Below are positions 43,623 through 51,450 of a stretch of 64,000 nucleotides of DNA, piece by piece (position 1 is the first letter of the stretch; the number at the start of each line of letters is the position of its first letter). The stretch lies in the IMG/VR virus record IMGVR_UViG_3300037312_000542, positions 706 to 64,705 of that record. One strand, given 5' to 3'. The notes beneath the pieces are model-generated. The model searched no databases. It was not told the DNA's origin and worked only from the letters and a program-made list of their open reading frames with translations. Made by a program: the position numbers and the translations under genes. This DNA is from a virus. Lineage: Duplodnaviria; Caudoviricetes.

Positions 43623-43881
43623 GTATAATCTTAGGACGCGGCGAAAAAATATCCGGTGCCAACGCTGACACGAAAGGCGCTTTGCCGGGCCGGTCGGACT
43701 CGCGCGGCAACCGCTCCTGCTCATCCCGCGTCGCCACCTGAACCGGCGCATCGCCCGGCACGATCGAAGGGCATTCCAGCCCGCACAACGGCGGTTCCGG
43801 GTCGCTGACGTCCCATCGCAAGTGACAAGTGGCGCAGTGCATTTCGTCGACGCCAGAGTGGCGGGCTTGGCATTCGGTCAT
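43618..43881 (-). CDS. hypothetical protein (Cys/His cluster)
   Basis: MTECQARH...CATCHLRW. Confidence 0.5.
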   Translation of the reverse strand: MTECQARHSGVDEMHCATCHLRWDVSDPEPPLCGLECPSIVPGDAPVQVATRDEQERLPRESDRPGKAPFVSALAPDIFSPRPKIIR

Positions 43882-44315
43882 TTTCCGACCCTCAGTGAAA
43901 CGACGCGACCGTGAGTCGAATCGTCGAACGCCATGGCGGCACGAACGGCATCGACGGGGTGCGCTCCTGCGAACATAGCGCCGAGTGCAAGTCGACAACC
44001 CGATCCGATGGCGTAATATTTTGCGCGAATGGGAAAAGAACGGACCTTACCTGCGTCACTTTCGACAACAGTAATGGTCCGTTTGGTAACGATGACCCCC
44101 GTAGAAACCTCGCAAACAGGCAGATCGGAAATCGGTTTATCCGCTTGGCTGAACCATTCGAGAAAAGCGGCCATCCACCATGCGGTGCCACTGGCGCCAG
44201 CGACACTACCGTCGGCGCGTTTGACTATTTTGTCAGCAAAACAGTCCCGTAAGCCGTTTCCGACGAGTCCGGTATCCGCGGCGATTATACCGTTTCGATA
44301 TGCGATGGTCGTCAC
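43878..44315 (-). CDS. Ntn-hydrolase, HslV/proteasome-beta-like protease
   Basis: GTG start gives mature N-terminal TTIAY; AAD, K, AIGSG, ALGAM motifs. Confidence 0.75.
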   Translation of the reverse strand: MTTIAYRNGIIAADTGLVGNGLRDCFADKIVKRADGSVAGASGTAWWMAAFLEWFSQADKPISDLPVCEVSTGVIVTKRTITVVESDAGKVRSFPIRAKYYAIGSGCRLALGAMFAGAHPVDAVRAAMAFDDSTHGRVVSLRVGK

Positions 44316-44563
44316 AAGCAATCCCTTTCCGCTTTGATCTGACCGACGACGACCGCCGACCCGCGCAGCGCCTGGAGCCGCCGTTCTGCATCGGCCGCAT
44401 CACGCGCCCATAGGTGCGTCGTGTAGGTGCGTCCGTCGCATTGCCAATCGATGGCGAATCGCAACCAGGTGTGCCCGAGGTCGTCACGATGGATGCAGTC
44501 AGCGTCGGGTCCGCGCGTCTCGGCGCGGTGCATGGCAAGGGATATTTCGCCGCTGGAAATCAT
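44312..44563 (-). CDS. hypothetical protein
   Basis: 83 aa, coupled. Confidence 0.55.
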   Translation of the reverse strand: MISSGEISLAMHRAETRGPDADCIHRDDLGHTWLRFAIDWQCDGRTYTTHLWARDAADAERRLQALRGSAVVVGQIKAERDCL

Positions 44564-44829
44564 CAAATCACCTCGTCTGACCACTGCGCCATCTTAGATC
44601 CGACCAATGCGTCTGCAACTTCCTTGCATCGGTCGCGCGTCGGGAACAGCAACACGGTCCAGTCGTCCGGCAGACGTTCCAGTTCGAGCGGTCCTTGCTC
44701 ACTCAAAGGAATCAATTCACCGACTGGTCCCGGTTTATCCTTCGGAATAATGAACACGCACGGCTCGTCGCCAAGTGTGCCAATGTCGACGCCGTAGTTA
44801 CCGAGTCCGAATCGTATAGTTGCACTCAT
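44563..44829 (-). CDS. hypothetical protein
   Basis: AAGGAG RBS, 88 aa. Confidence 0.6.
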   Translation of the reverse strand: MSATIRFGLGNYGVDIGTLGDEPCVFIIPKDKPGPVGELIPLSEQGPLELERLPDDWTVLLFPTRDRCKEVADALVGSKMAQWSDEVI

Positions 44830-44905
44830 GTCGACTCCTTCGTGTTTCCCGGCGGCGGTTCCCAAAACCACCAGCCGCCCCAAACTGGCGCAGGTTGTCG
44901 TTCCA

Positions 44906-45499
44906 TCACGCGACCTGTTGTGTATGCGCCCTCGCCAGAATCGCCAGTGCCGCATTCGCCGCGCGCGTCTGCCCGATCGCGTCATTGAGCGCGACGTGCG
45001 GCGGCGGGACGGCGTATTCTTTGGGGTTGACGCCCGCCAAGTTGTAGAGTGTTCGGGTGCATTGAACGCGCCAGAACTGTTCGGTCCAAGGGCACGCGAT
45101 GCCCTTGAGAGTCGCGAATTGCGGGTCGGCACTTGTAGCCGCGCGTCGATACACTTCACCCAGGATCGGCGCATCGAATGTCGCCCCGTGACACCAGAGC
45201 AAGAAGTCGCCATCGGGCGCGGCCCATCGGATCCATTCGAGAAAGTAGGGCAGAGCGACGTTGAGCGGGGTAGGGTTCGTGGTCGCCGCAGCCCATGCGC
45301 CGGGGTGCTTCGCTTCCTGATCGTTCCACCACGCCATCGTTTCCGGGTCTTTCTCAAGGCCCAGCGCCTCTTGGTCGGGGATACTCAAATTGAGCGTGCA
45401 GTGCGCCTCGTCGGAGAAGCGGACGAATGCCGCGGCGAGTACAACGCCGCCGGGGCGCTTACAGATGGTTTCCAGATCGCACATGATGTGGGTGGTCAT
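44906..45499 (-). CDS. DEDDh 3'-5' exonuclease (DUF5051/Rv2179c-like)
   Basis: MCDLET, WCHGATFD, CTRT, HVALND. Confidence 0.85.
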   Translation of the reverse strand: MTTHIMCDLETICKRPGGVVLAAAFVRFSDEAHCTLNLSIPDQEALGLEKDPETMAWWNDQEAKHPGAWAAATTNPTPLNVALPYFLEWIRWAAPDGDFLLWCHGATFDAPILGEVYRRAATSADPQFATLKGIACPWTEQFWRVQCTRTLYNLAGVNPKEYAVPPPHVALNDAIGQTRAANAALAILARAHTQQVA

Positions 45500-45771
45500 A
45501 CGGCACGCTCCTGTAGTGAATGGAAGAAGTTGTATCCAGCGGGCGTGCATGAATAGCCACTGCCACGGATGGTTCCGTCGTCGATGTCGAACGCTGCGGT
45601 TCGTTCTGCGAAGCCTTTGCGGGCCAAGGCGCGAACAGCCAACCTAGCGACGCGATGCTCAAGGCCGGTAGATTCAACGATGCCTTTGAAAAAGAGCACG
45701 TTTCGTTCCGACTGATATCTGTCGGCAAGCGCGCGCAAAACCTGGCGTTGACGGTCGCTGATTGCGGTCAC
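45496..45771 (-). CDS. winged-helix-like hypothetical protein
   Basis: RQRQVLRAL...VARLAVRALARKGF...GSGY..TPAG. Confidence 0.55.
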   Translation of the reverse strand: MTAISDRQRQVLRALADRYQSERNVLFFKGIVESTGLEHRVARLAVRALARKGFAERTAAFDIDDGTIRGSGYSCTPAGYNFFHSLQERAV

Positions 45772-46124
45772 AGCGCTTCCTCCACAATTTCCAGCAAACG
45801 ACGCGGCATGATCTGCAGCGGTTTGTCCAAATAGATGATGTCGTGCAGCGCGTACTTGACGGTTTCAAGTGCGCCGCGCATTCCGTCGCCGACGATCTCA
45901 TCCAGTGTGGATTGCAGCGCGTTGCGCTCGTCGGTCAGTTTCTCGATCGCGTCCGACTCGTCCGCTTCCAATGAGTCAACTTCCTCTTGCAATTCTTCCG
46001 CGCGGTCCGCTTCCTTCGCGTGCTGCTCGACCAGGTTCTCGAAATGGCCCTTGATGTATTCCGGCGCACCCGCTTCCTTGAGCCAGTCGCGGACCATCTG
46101 CATGTCTTCGTCGAGGATATCCAT
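45768..46124 (-). CDS. acidic coiled-coil hypothetical protein
   Basis: 118 aa, behind motif promoter. Confidence 0.6.
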   Translation of the reverse strand: MDILDEDMQMVRDWLKEAGAPEYIKGHFENLVEQHAKEADRAEELQEEVDSLEADESDAIEKLTDERNALQSTLDEIVGDGMRGALETVKYALHDIIYLDKPLQIMPRRLLEIVEEAL

Positions 46125-46130
46125 GGTCCG

Positions 46131-46159
46131 ACCTTACTACGACTCAGTAGTTTGTCAAC
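46131..46159 (-). promoter_or_regulatory. motif promoter 13
   Basis: GTTGACAAAC...GTAG-TAAGGT. Confidence 0.75.
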
Positions 46160-47036
46160 CGTTCAAGCGACGAAACGCGGCGAGAAATTCAAATTCCGCC
46201 TTGTCTGGCGACCAGAAATGCAACGTGACGCCGAGCGGCGGTTCGGACAGGCACCAATCCTGCGGCGGTGTAGCCATCGCCTGATCGCGTTCATCCGCGA
46301 GGATGGCGTTGTCCAGTCGCTTCACTTCCGCCGGTATCGGATAGACCAAATCGAATCGACGAGCGATGACCGCTTCCAGACGTTCCTCGATGGCGCGATA
46401 TTCCGGCAGGCTCGACTTCACCGGGCGGATGACGTCGGACAGGTACGCTTCGCTGGCGTCGTGCATCAGTGCCTCAAACGCGACCGACGGCGAGGCTGCA
46501 CGCGCCATCAGGACACAATGCTCCGCGACGCTATAGAACCGCTTGCAGTGCCCGCCGTAGCGGCACAGCTTGGACAGCGCAGCGGCGATGTCCTCGATGT
46601 GAATTTCCTCGATCTGTGGATCCAGTGGATAGAACGCGCGACCGGTCGCGGTCTGCATCCAGTCGCCGCGGTCGGTGCGGCGGTGGCTAATCCGACACCC
46701 CTCTACATACCCTTGATCGTCGAGCCGGACTTTGTAGCTCGCGGCGGGTATGTAACGCGCAACGTCGTCGGCAAAATCGGACATGTGCTGAACCTCTTTC
46801 AATTTGGTGTGGACAGCGTCTAGCGCACTGGTGTCAATTTGTAGGGTTAGAGTCTCTGTCGCGTGACGTCGGGACGTGAGGATAGTTTCCGGCCCAATGT
46901 CGCCAGAACGCCACGCCAAACCGCTCACATACCCGCCCTGCGCTAATCGAGGTGCGCTCGCAGCCGTTTTGATCGCAACGGGTAGCGCCACCGGCGCAAG
47001 TCCGAGCAGGGTTAAAAAGGCGCGGCGAGTTGTCAT
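46155..47036 (-). CDS. HD-domain 5'-deoxynucleotidase (YfbR-like) with in-frame Tat-like N-terminal extension
   Basis: RYGGH, YSVAEH, LMHDASEAY; N-terminal TRRAFL; internal RBS+ATG at 46784. Confidence 0.8.
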   Translation of the reverse strand: MTTRRAFLTLLGLAPVALPVAIKTAASAPRLAQGGYVSGLAWRSGDIGPETILTSRRHATETLTLQIDTSALDAVHTKLKEVQHMSDFADDVARYIPAASYKVRLDDQGYVEGCRISHRRTDRGDWMQTATGRAFYPLDPQIEEIHIEDIAAALSKLCRYGGHCKRFYSVAEHCVLMARAASPSVAFEALMHDASEAYLSDVIRPVKSSLPEYRAIEERLEAVIARRFDLVYPIPAEVKRLDNAILADERDQAMATPPQDWCLSEPPLGVTLHFWSPDKAEFEFLAAFRRLNG

Positions 47037-47037
47037 G

Positions 47038-47151
47038 TCAGCACTCGATCAAAAAAACGAGAAACAGGCACCAGCCCCAGCCGTCGTGCCCGCTGAAACC
47101 GATGACACCCGCTGCGATGGCAAGTGCAAAGGCAACCCAATGCTTGTTCAT
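47038..47151 (-). CDS. 37-aa membrane peptide
   Basis: MNKHWVAFALAIAAGVIGFSGHDGWGWCLFLVFLIEC directly behind motif promoter. Confidence 0.5.
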   Translation of the reverse strand: MNKHWVAFALAIAAGVIGFSGHDGWGWCLFLVFLIEC

Positions 47152-47396
47152 TCGGCAACCTTACTACGCAATTCGGGTTTGTCAACGACGCGCATCGCGA
47201 ATCCGACACCGCGTTCCATCAACCCCGCGTGTATCAGTTCGTCCAGATCGGTCCGACGAATCGTGGCGCATTCACGATCGGTGCAGGCGCGCAACATTGT
47301 CTCGCCGAAACACCATTGCCAGGACGTGACCAGATGATGGCGGTGCAGGTCGAGGAAGCGGCGGGCGTCGGGAGTAGGGGAATCAACTTGTAACAT
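47148..47396 (-). CDS. hypothetical protein
   Basis: 82-aa ORF. Confidence 0.5.
   Translation of the reverse strand: MLQVDSPTPDARRFLDLHRHHLVTSWQWCFGETMLRACTDRECATIRRTDLDELIHAGLMERGVGFAMRVVDKPELRSKVAE
47158..47186 (-). promoter_or_regulatory. motif promoter 14
   Basis: GTTGACAAAC...GTAG-TAAGGT. Confidence 0.75.
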
Positions 47397-47905
47397 TATG
47401 GGTTATCTCCCGCCCGGATGGCGGCGGCGATGAACCTCGCGTGCTTATAGAAGTCAGGCTCGTAGCCGACTTCTTTCGCTAAGATTGATCTAGAATCCCG
47501 TTCCGCCACCTTCGCGCACTTCTCCCGCTCGTCGACCCTGATCGCCGCTTCGTCGGGCACAAGGCCCGTTGCGAGGATGGCGCGGGCACTAACGCGGACG
47601 CTCTCCGCCGCTGACTCTGTCAGTTCGGAGGTTTTTCTTCTGTAGCCAATCCTTGTCATCCAATCGCGTGGCCCGTCGCCGGGCATGTGATAGATGCGGT
47701 AATTCGGATCGGTGCAAACCAAGGCTCGCGCCGCCCTCTCGACCGTATCTTCGCCTTGGAGAGAGGCGAGGGCTTCCTTAGCCATATCTCCGAAAGATGT
47801 TTCATCGTAAAAATCTGGCACTCTTACACTATCTTCAAGGTCGTGTTGCTTTTTCCAAGCAATCGGGTCGGCGTAAAATTCCAGCGCTTCTTTCGGTGTG
47901 GTCAT
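47396..47905 (-). CDS. hypothetical protein
   Basis: 169 aa, mosaic early-gene type (EREKCAKVAE...AAAIRA). Confidence 0.55.
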   Translation of the reverse strand: MTTPKEALEFYADPIAWKKQHDLEDSVRVPDFYDETSFGDMAKEALASLQGEDTVERAARALVCTDPNYRIYHMPGDGPRDWMTRIGYRRKTSELTESAAESVRVSARAILATGLVPDEAAIRVDEREKCAKVAERDSRSILAKEVGYEPDFYKHARFIAAAIRAGDNP

Positions 47906-48132
47906 GGGCGGGTGTCCTTAACGGCTGCAATTGCGGTAACCGTCGATGACAGAATGCGAACGCCGGTTTTGGCTTCGCGGAAAATCCTTTCGACGTGATT
48001 GCGGGTTTCCTCGCCAGCCTGTCGATAAATCTGGTCGAGAGAGGCGTCCGCGCCCCACGAACTGCCGGCAGGAACTTCAATGACGAGCGTTACCTTTGCG
48101 GTCGCGGATGACAGATCGCTTTTTGCCATCAC
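47902..48132 (-). CDS. hypothetical protein
   Basis: 76 aa, coupled. Confidence 0.55.
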   Translation of the reverse strand: MMAKSDLSSATAKVTLVIEVPAGSSWGADASLDQIYRQAGEETRNHVERIFREAKTGVRILSSTVTAIAAVKDTRP

Positions 48133-49115
48133 TTCCTCCTGATCTCGAATTGGTCGAGCAGCGCGCGGGCGAGGTCTATGGTGCTGTGTCGCCCCGGATT
48201 GCTTAGTGCGGCCTTTGCGATCAAACTGCCGCGTTTGTTAAGCCAATCGGCAAGGCTCTCAAACGTCACCTCGCTGCGGGTGGGTGAAGGGTCTGACGGC
48301 TTTAGACTGTCGGCAAGTGGCGTTTCGTCGAAAGAACGCTCGACATCGTCGATATAGCCTGACGGTTCCAGTTTGCCGCAGTAGATGCACTGAAATTCGC
48401 CGTTCGGCCCGTCACCTGCGTAGATGCAGGACCGTCCCGATGCAGCGCATTCATCGAGAGCGTCAGCGTCAGATTTCGTCGTCGCGCCAGGCGCGGTGAG
48501 GGCTGGTAGCCGTTTCGGCAGTTCAGTCTTGATCGCTTTGGCAATCGCGCCCGCCAGATTTCGCCCGAACTGTTCGGTCGCAGCATCCCACCCATAAGGC
48601 AGCAACCCGTGCCACAATGCGTGATGCGCATGGATCGAGGCGAGGTAACTTGCTTCGTCGATTGCCTGCTGCACAGCCTCTCGCATCCCGGCGTCTGCCG
48701 GATGGGCGGGGACGGTATCGGCAACACAAGGTAGGCCGTAGTAGCGATACTTATCGACAATCCGCGCCAGCGAGTTGAAGTTGATACCGAGCACCATTTG
48801 GTGGCCGGGATATACCTTGTCGCTGAATTCGAAATCGGCTCGACGCCCGAACGTCGCATCATTCACGTCGCGTCCGAGTTGGGCCCACGGAATTTGACCG
48901 TAAGTTGGCAGAGGTCGCTCGTCTGGGCGCTTGATAATGTCCCGCCACGCCACAGGCTCAGGCTCGCTCTTCACGCCGCCATCAGATGAGGCGAGACGGC
49001 GGAATAATTCGCAGGCAGCAATTACCGTCACTCGGTCCTGCTCATACGAAAGGCGCATCGACATCGCGCCGAGTTCGGCCGCCAGCTTCACCAGTTCCTC
49101 GCGATCAGTCATCAC
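48129..49115 (-). CDS. mosaic hypothetical protein
   Basis: 328 aa, EPVAWR and C..CGK segments typical of phage mosaic early proteins. Confidence 0.55.
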   Translation of the reverse strand: MMTDREELVKLAAELGAMSMRLSYEQDRVTVIAACELFRRLASSDGGVKSEPEPVAWRDIIKRPDERPLPTYGQIPWAQLGRDVNDATFGRRADFEFSDKVYPGHQMVLGINFNSLARIVDKYRYYGLPCVADTVPAHPADAGMREAVQQAIDEASYLASIHAHHALWHGLLPYGWDAATEQFGRNLAGAIAKAIKTELPKRLPALTAPGATTKSDADALDECAASGRSCIYAGDGPNGEFQCIYCGKLEPSGYIDDVERSFDETPLADSLKPSDPSPTRSEVTFESLADWLNKRGSLIAKAALSNPGRHSTIDLARALLDQFEIRRK

Positions 49116-49218
49116 AGCCCCGCTCCCTTAAGTAGCGCAACCAGCGCCATCGCGGCGATTGCGACGACCAGATACCCGCGAATTGAAACTAGTTGCATTT
49201 TGCACCTCTCGGAAAACA

Positions 49219-49247
49219 GCTTTACTACATCACAGCAGTTTGTCAAC
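49219..49247 (-). promoter_or_regulatory. motif promoter 15
   Basis: GTTGACAAAC...GTAG-TAAAGC. Confidence 0.7.
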
Positions 49248-49248
49248 A

Positions 49249-49533
49249 TCAGCGGACCAAGTAAACCGGCAGTCCGTCGACCGTGATCATGTCCCCATCG
49301 TCCGACTCGACGCACCCGACCTGATCCGCATCCGCACCGCATTCATGCGCGACGGTCTCGCGGATCCAATCCCACTTCGCGCCGGGCTGATACGGCGGCA
49401 GGAAGCCCGCCGATGCCCACGGGCGCCCGTCGAGGTGGAATAGGCGGACGGTGACGCAACGGCTGTAGGAGGCACGCTGCCACGTTGAAAGGGTAATTAG
49501 GGCCGAGTCGGCGATGAGGTCGGGGCTACCCAT
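49249..49533 (-). CDS. hypothetical protein
   Basis: 94-aa ORF. Confidence 0.5.
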   Translation of the reverse strand: MGSPDLIADSALITLSTWQRASYSRCVTVRLFHLDGRPWASAGFLPPYQPGAKWDWIRETVAHECGADADQVGCVESDDGDMITVDGLPVYLVR

Positions 49534-49536
49534 CTA

Positions 49537-49773
49537 TCATTCCTCGTCCGGGTGTTTCCAATAATCGGCGTAATACCATGGGCGGGTCGCCATATGTGTC
49601 ACACTTCCTGAAAGCGCTAACATGGCAAGCATCCAGATGAACATGATAGCCGCTTGACGCATCGCCCCGGAAAAGAGCATCGCGAACACGAACGTCAATG
49701 CGATCAGGAGCACGAAACACAACGCGACGATCTGGCAATACTCCCGCCAATACATTCGGTTTGATCTTTTCAT
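49537..49773 (-). CDS. two-TM membrane protein
   Basis: Two hydrophobic segments. Confidence 0.6.
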   Translation of the reverse strand: MKRSNRMYWREYCQIVALCFVLLIALTFVFAMLFSGAMRQAAIMFIWMLAMLALSGSVTHMATRPWYYADYWKHPDEE

Positions 49774-50018
49774 TTCAACGCCTCCGTCAATCGGTCCAGC
49801 AGTTCGATCGTTCCGCTGTGGTGGTACTCACTGTAGCGGTATTTCACCTGTTCAATCGCGTCGAGCACATCACGACGCCGCAGCGGTTCGTCCAGTCGTT
49901 CCTCGGCTTCACGTTCCTGACGTCGCGCGGACGCTTCATCTTCGCGTCGGGCGCGCTCCGCTGCGGCGAGATCACGCGCCACCTTGCCGAACATCTGGTC
50001 CGTGGTGCGCCGGGTCAT
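49770..50018 (-). CDS. charged hypothetical protein
   Basis: CAGGA RBS, 82 aa. Confidence 0.55.
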   Translation of the reverse strand: MTRRTTDQMFGKVARDLAAAERARREDEASARRQEREAEERLDEPLRRRDVLDAIEQVKYRYSEYHHSGTIELLDRLTEALK

Positions 50019-50212
50019 ATCCTGGTCTCCTTGCCTTGTTGCCCCGCGCGCACTTCGCGCCATGCGTCGTCGAGCCATTTCGATACGTCGCGGTCGGCGA
50101 GTTGGGCTCGGATGGCGCCGACGTCCAGTGGCGCATTGAGTGGGGTCGCGTCAATCGCCTGCAGCAGCGAGGCGACCTTGACGAGGACGATGTGTGCGGG
50201 GAGGGCGGTCAT
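50015..50212 (-). CDS. hypothetical protein
   Basis: 65 aa, coupled. Confidence 0.5.
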   Translation of the reverse strand: MTALPAHIVLVKVASLLQAIDATPLNAPLDVGAIRAQLADRDVSKWLDDAWREVRAGQQGKETRI

Positions 50213-50415
50213 GATGCAAACGCCACGGGGCGGAACGCTTCGACGATCTCCGCAGCGTCACGATTCACGAAACGATGCATCTGCGCCATATGACGCTCGA
50301 TAGCCTGGTCGAGCGTGTATCCTTTTGCCAGCCACACGCGGAGACAGGCGACGAAGCCCACAACGTCGGCTTCAGTGGCATTCACCAACTTGGCGAGGTC
50401 TGCAATCGTGGTCAT
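50209..50415 (-). CDS. hypothetical protein
   Basis: First gene after motif promoter 50448. Confidence 0.6.
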   Translation of the reverse strand: MTTIADLAKLVNATEADVVGFVACLRVWLAKGYTLDQAIERHMAQMHRFVNRDAAEIVEAFRPVAFAS

Positions 50416-50447
50416 CTGCGTCGTCCTGTTCGCGTTTCGATATGACG

Positions 50448-50476
50448 ACTCTACTACGCCACAGCGGTTTGTCAAC
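50448..50476 (-). promoter_or_regulatory. motif promoter 16
   Basis: GTTGACAAAC...GTAG-TAGAGT. Confidence 0.75.
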
Positions 50477-50489
50477 GTGAAAAGTGACA

Positions 50490-50830
50490 AAAATTACAGG
50501 TTGAATCGACGCTGACCGACTGGACGTTTGGACGTTTGCCATTGGCTAATTGTTCCGGGAATAGTCTTTATTATTCAATGCGTTGGACTGCTAGAACACG
50601 AAATGACTCTTTTTCTATAGAAGTTTCTTAGTGGTAAGAGGGTCAATGTAAATAGTATTAACATTGTAACATATTGCAGTGCAAAAAGCCCGCTGGAAAG
50701 TATATATAGGGAATCACGCGTTCCAGACGTCCAAGCGTCCAACTCATTGATATTTCTAAACAATTACTGGAACACGAAATTACAGGTTGACCAATCAAAA
50801 GTAGCGAAATTATATGTTCTACAACCTAAA
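50490..50830. other. AT-rich non-coding region with direct and inverted repeats, candidate replication origin
   Basis: AAATTACAGGTTGA x2, GAACACGAAAT x2, TGGACG repeats in inverted orientation, CAATGT/ACATTG palindrome. Confidence 0.4.
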
Positions 50831-51036
50831 CTAGAACGTCAACTCGTAACCGCAGAGATCCAACCTCTAATTTGATCACGAATTGTTACAAAGCGGCTGA
50901 AAAAGTGAATGCACTTGCATTGAAATGGTGCGATGCGAAGACACTTTTTCACCACATTTGGTCCGCCCGTTTGTCAACTCGTAATAGCAGAAAAGCGACC
51001 TTGCACCACGACCGAAACGGACGCTACTTTCGCGCC

Positions 51037-51384
51037 ATGAAAAGCACAACCCTGGTCCTGATGACCCTTGCCGCCACGACGCCCGCTCTTGCCGCACCGC
51101 CGGCCGTGGCGCCCGAACACGCCCGCGTTGCCAGGGACGACGTCGCGCCCGAACACGCCCGCGCCTGCATTCTAAAGGCCGCTGATACGCTGCCGAAGAT
51201 TGCGGGGATGAAGATAGGCAAGAGCCGCACCGCACCTATCCCGCGCCCCGCGGGCTGGGCGAGCGCGGTGGATCCGATCCAGGTGGACATAGACTTTACC
51301 GCCGCGGGACAGCGGGATTCGTGGCGCTACGCTTGCTCAATCCTACCGGGCGGCTCGGCGATCGTGCAGCGGGTAGCGAAATAA
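51037..51384 (+). CDS. secreted moron protein with VAPEHAR repeat
   Basis: Sec signal MKSTTLVLMTLAATTPALAA; two Cys; opposite strand; terminator after. Confidence 0.6.
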   Translation: MKSTTLVLMTLAATTPALAAPPAVAPEHARVARDDVAPEHARACILKAADTLPKIAGMKIGKSRTAPIPRPAGWASAVDPIQVDIDFTAAGQRDSWRYACSILPGGSAIVQRVAK

Positions 51385-51420
51385 AAAGCCCGCCAGCCGG
51401 GATACGGCGGACGGGGCTAG
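51384..51420. terminator. hairpin between convergent genes
   Basis: AAAAAGCCCG...CGGGGCT. Confidence 0.45.
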
Positions 51421-51450
51421 GGTGGTCAGGGAATGGCCGGATCGCTCTAC

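Noticed and set aside
43376-50415. Anti-CRISPR/anti-defence calls for the small early ORFs
   Set aside because: Size and position are suggestive, but no sequence feature supports a specific call without searches
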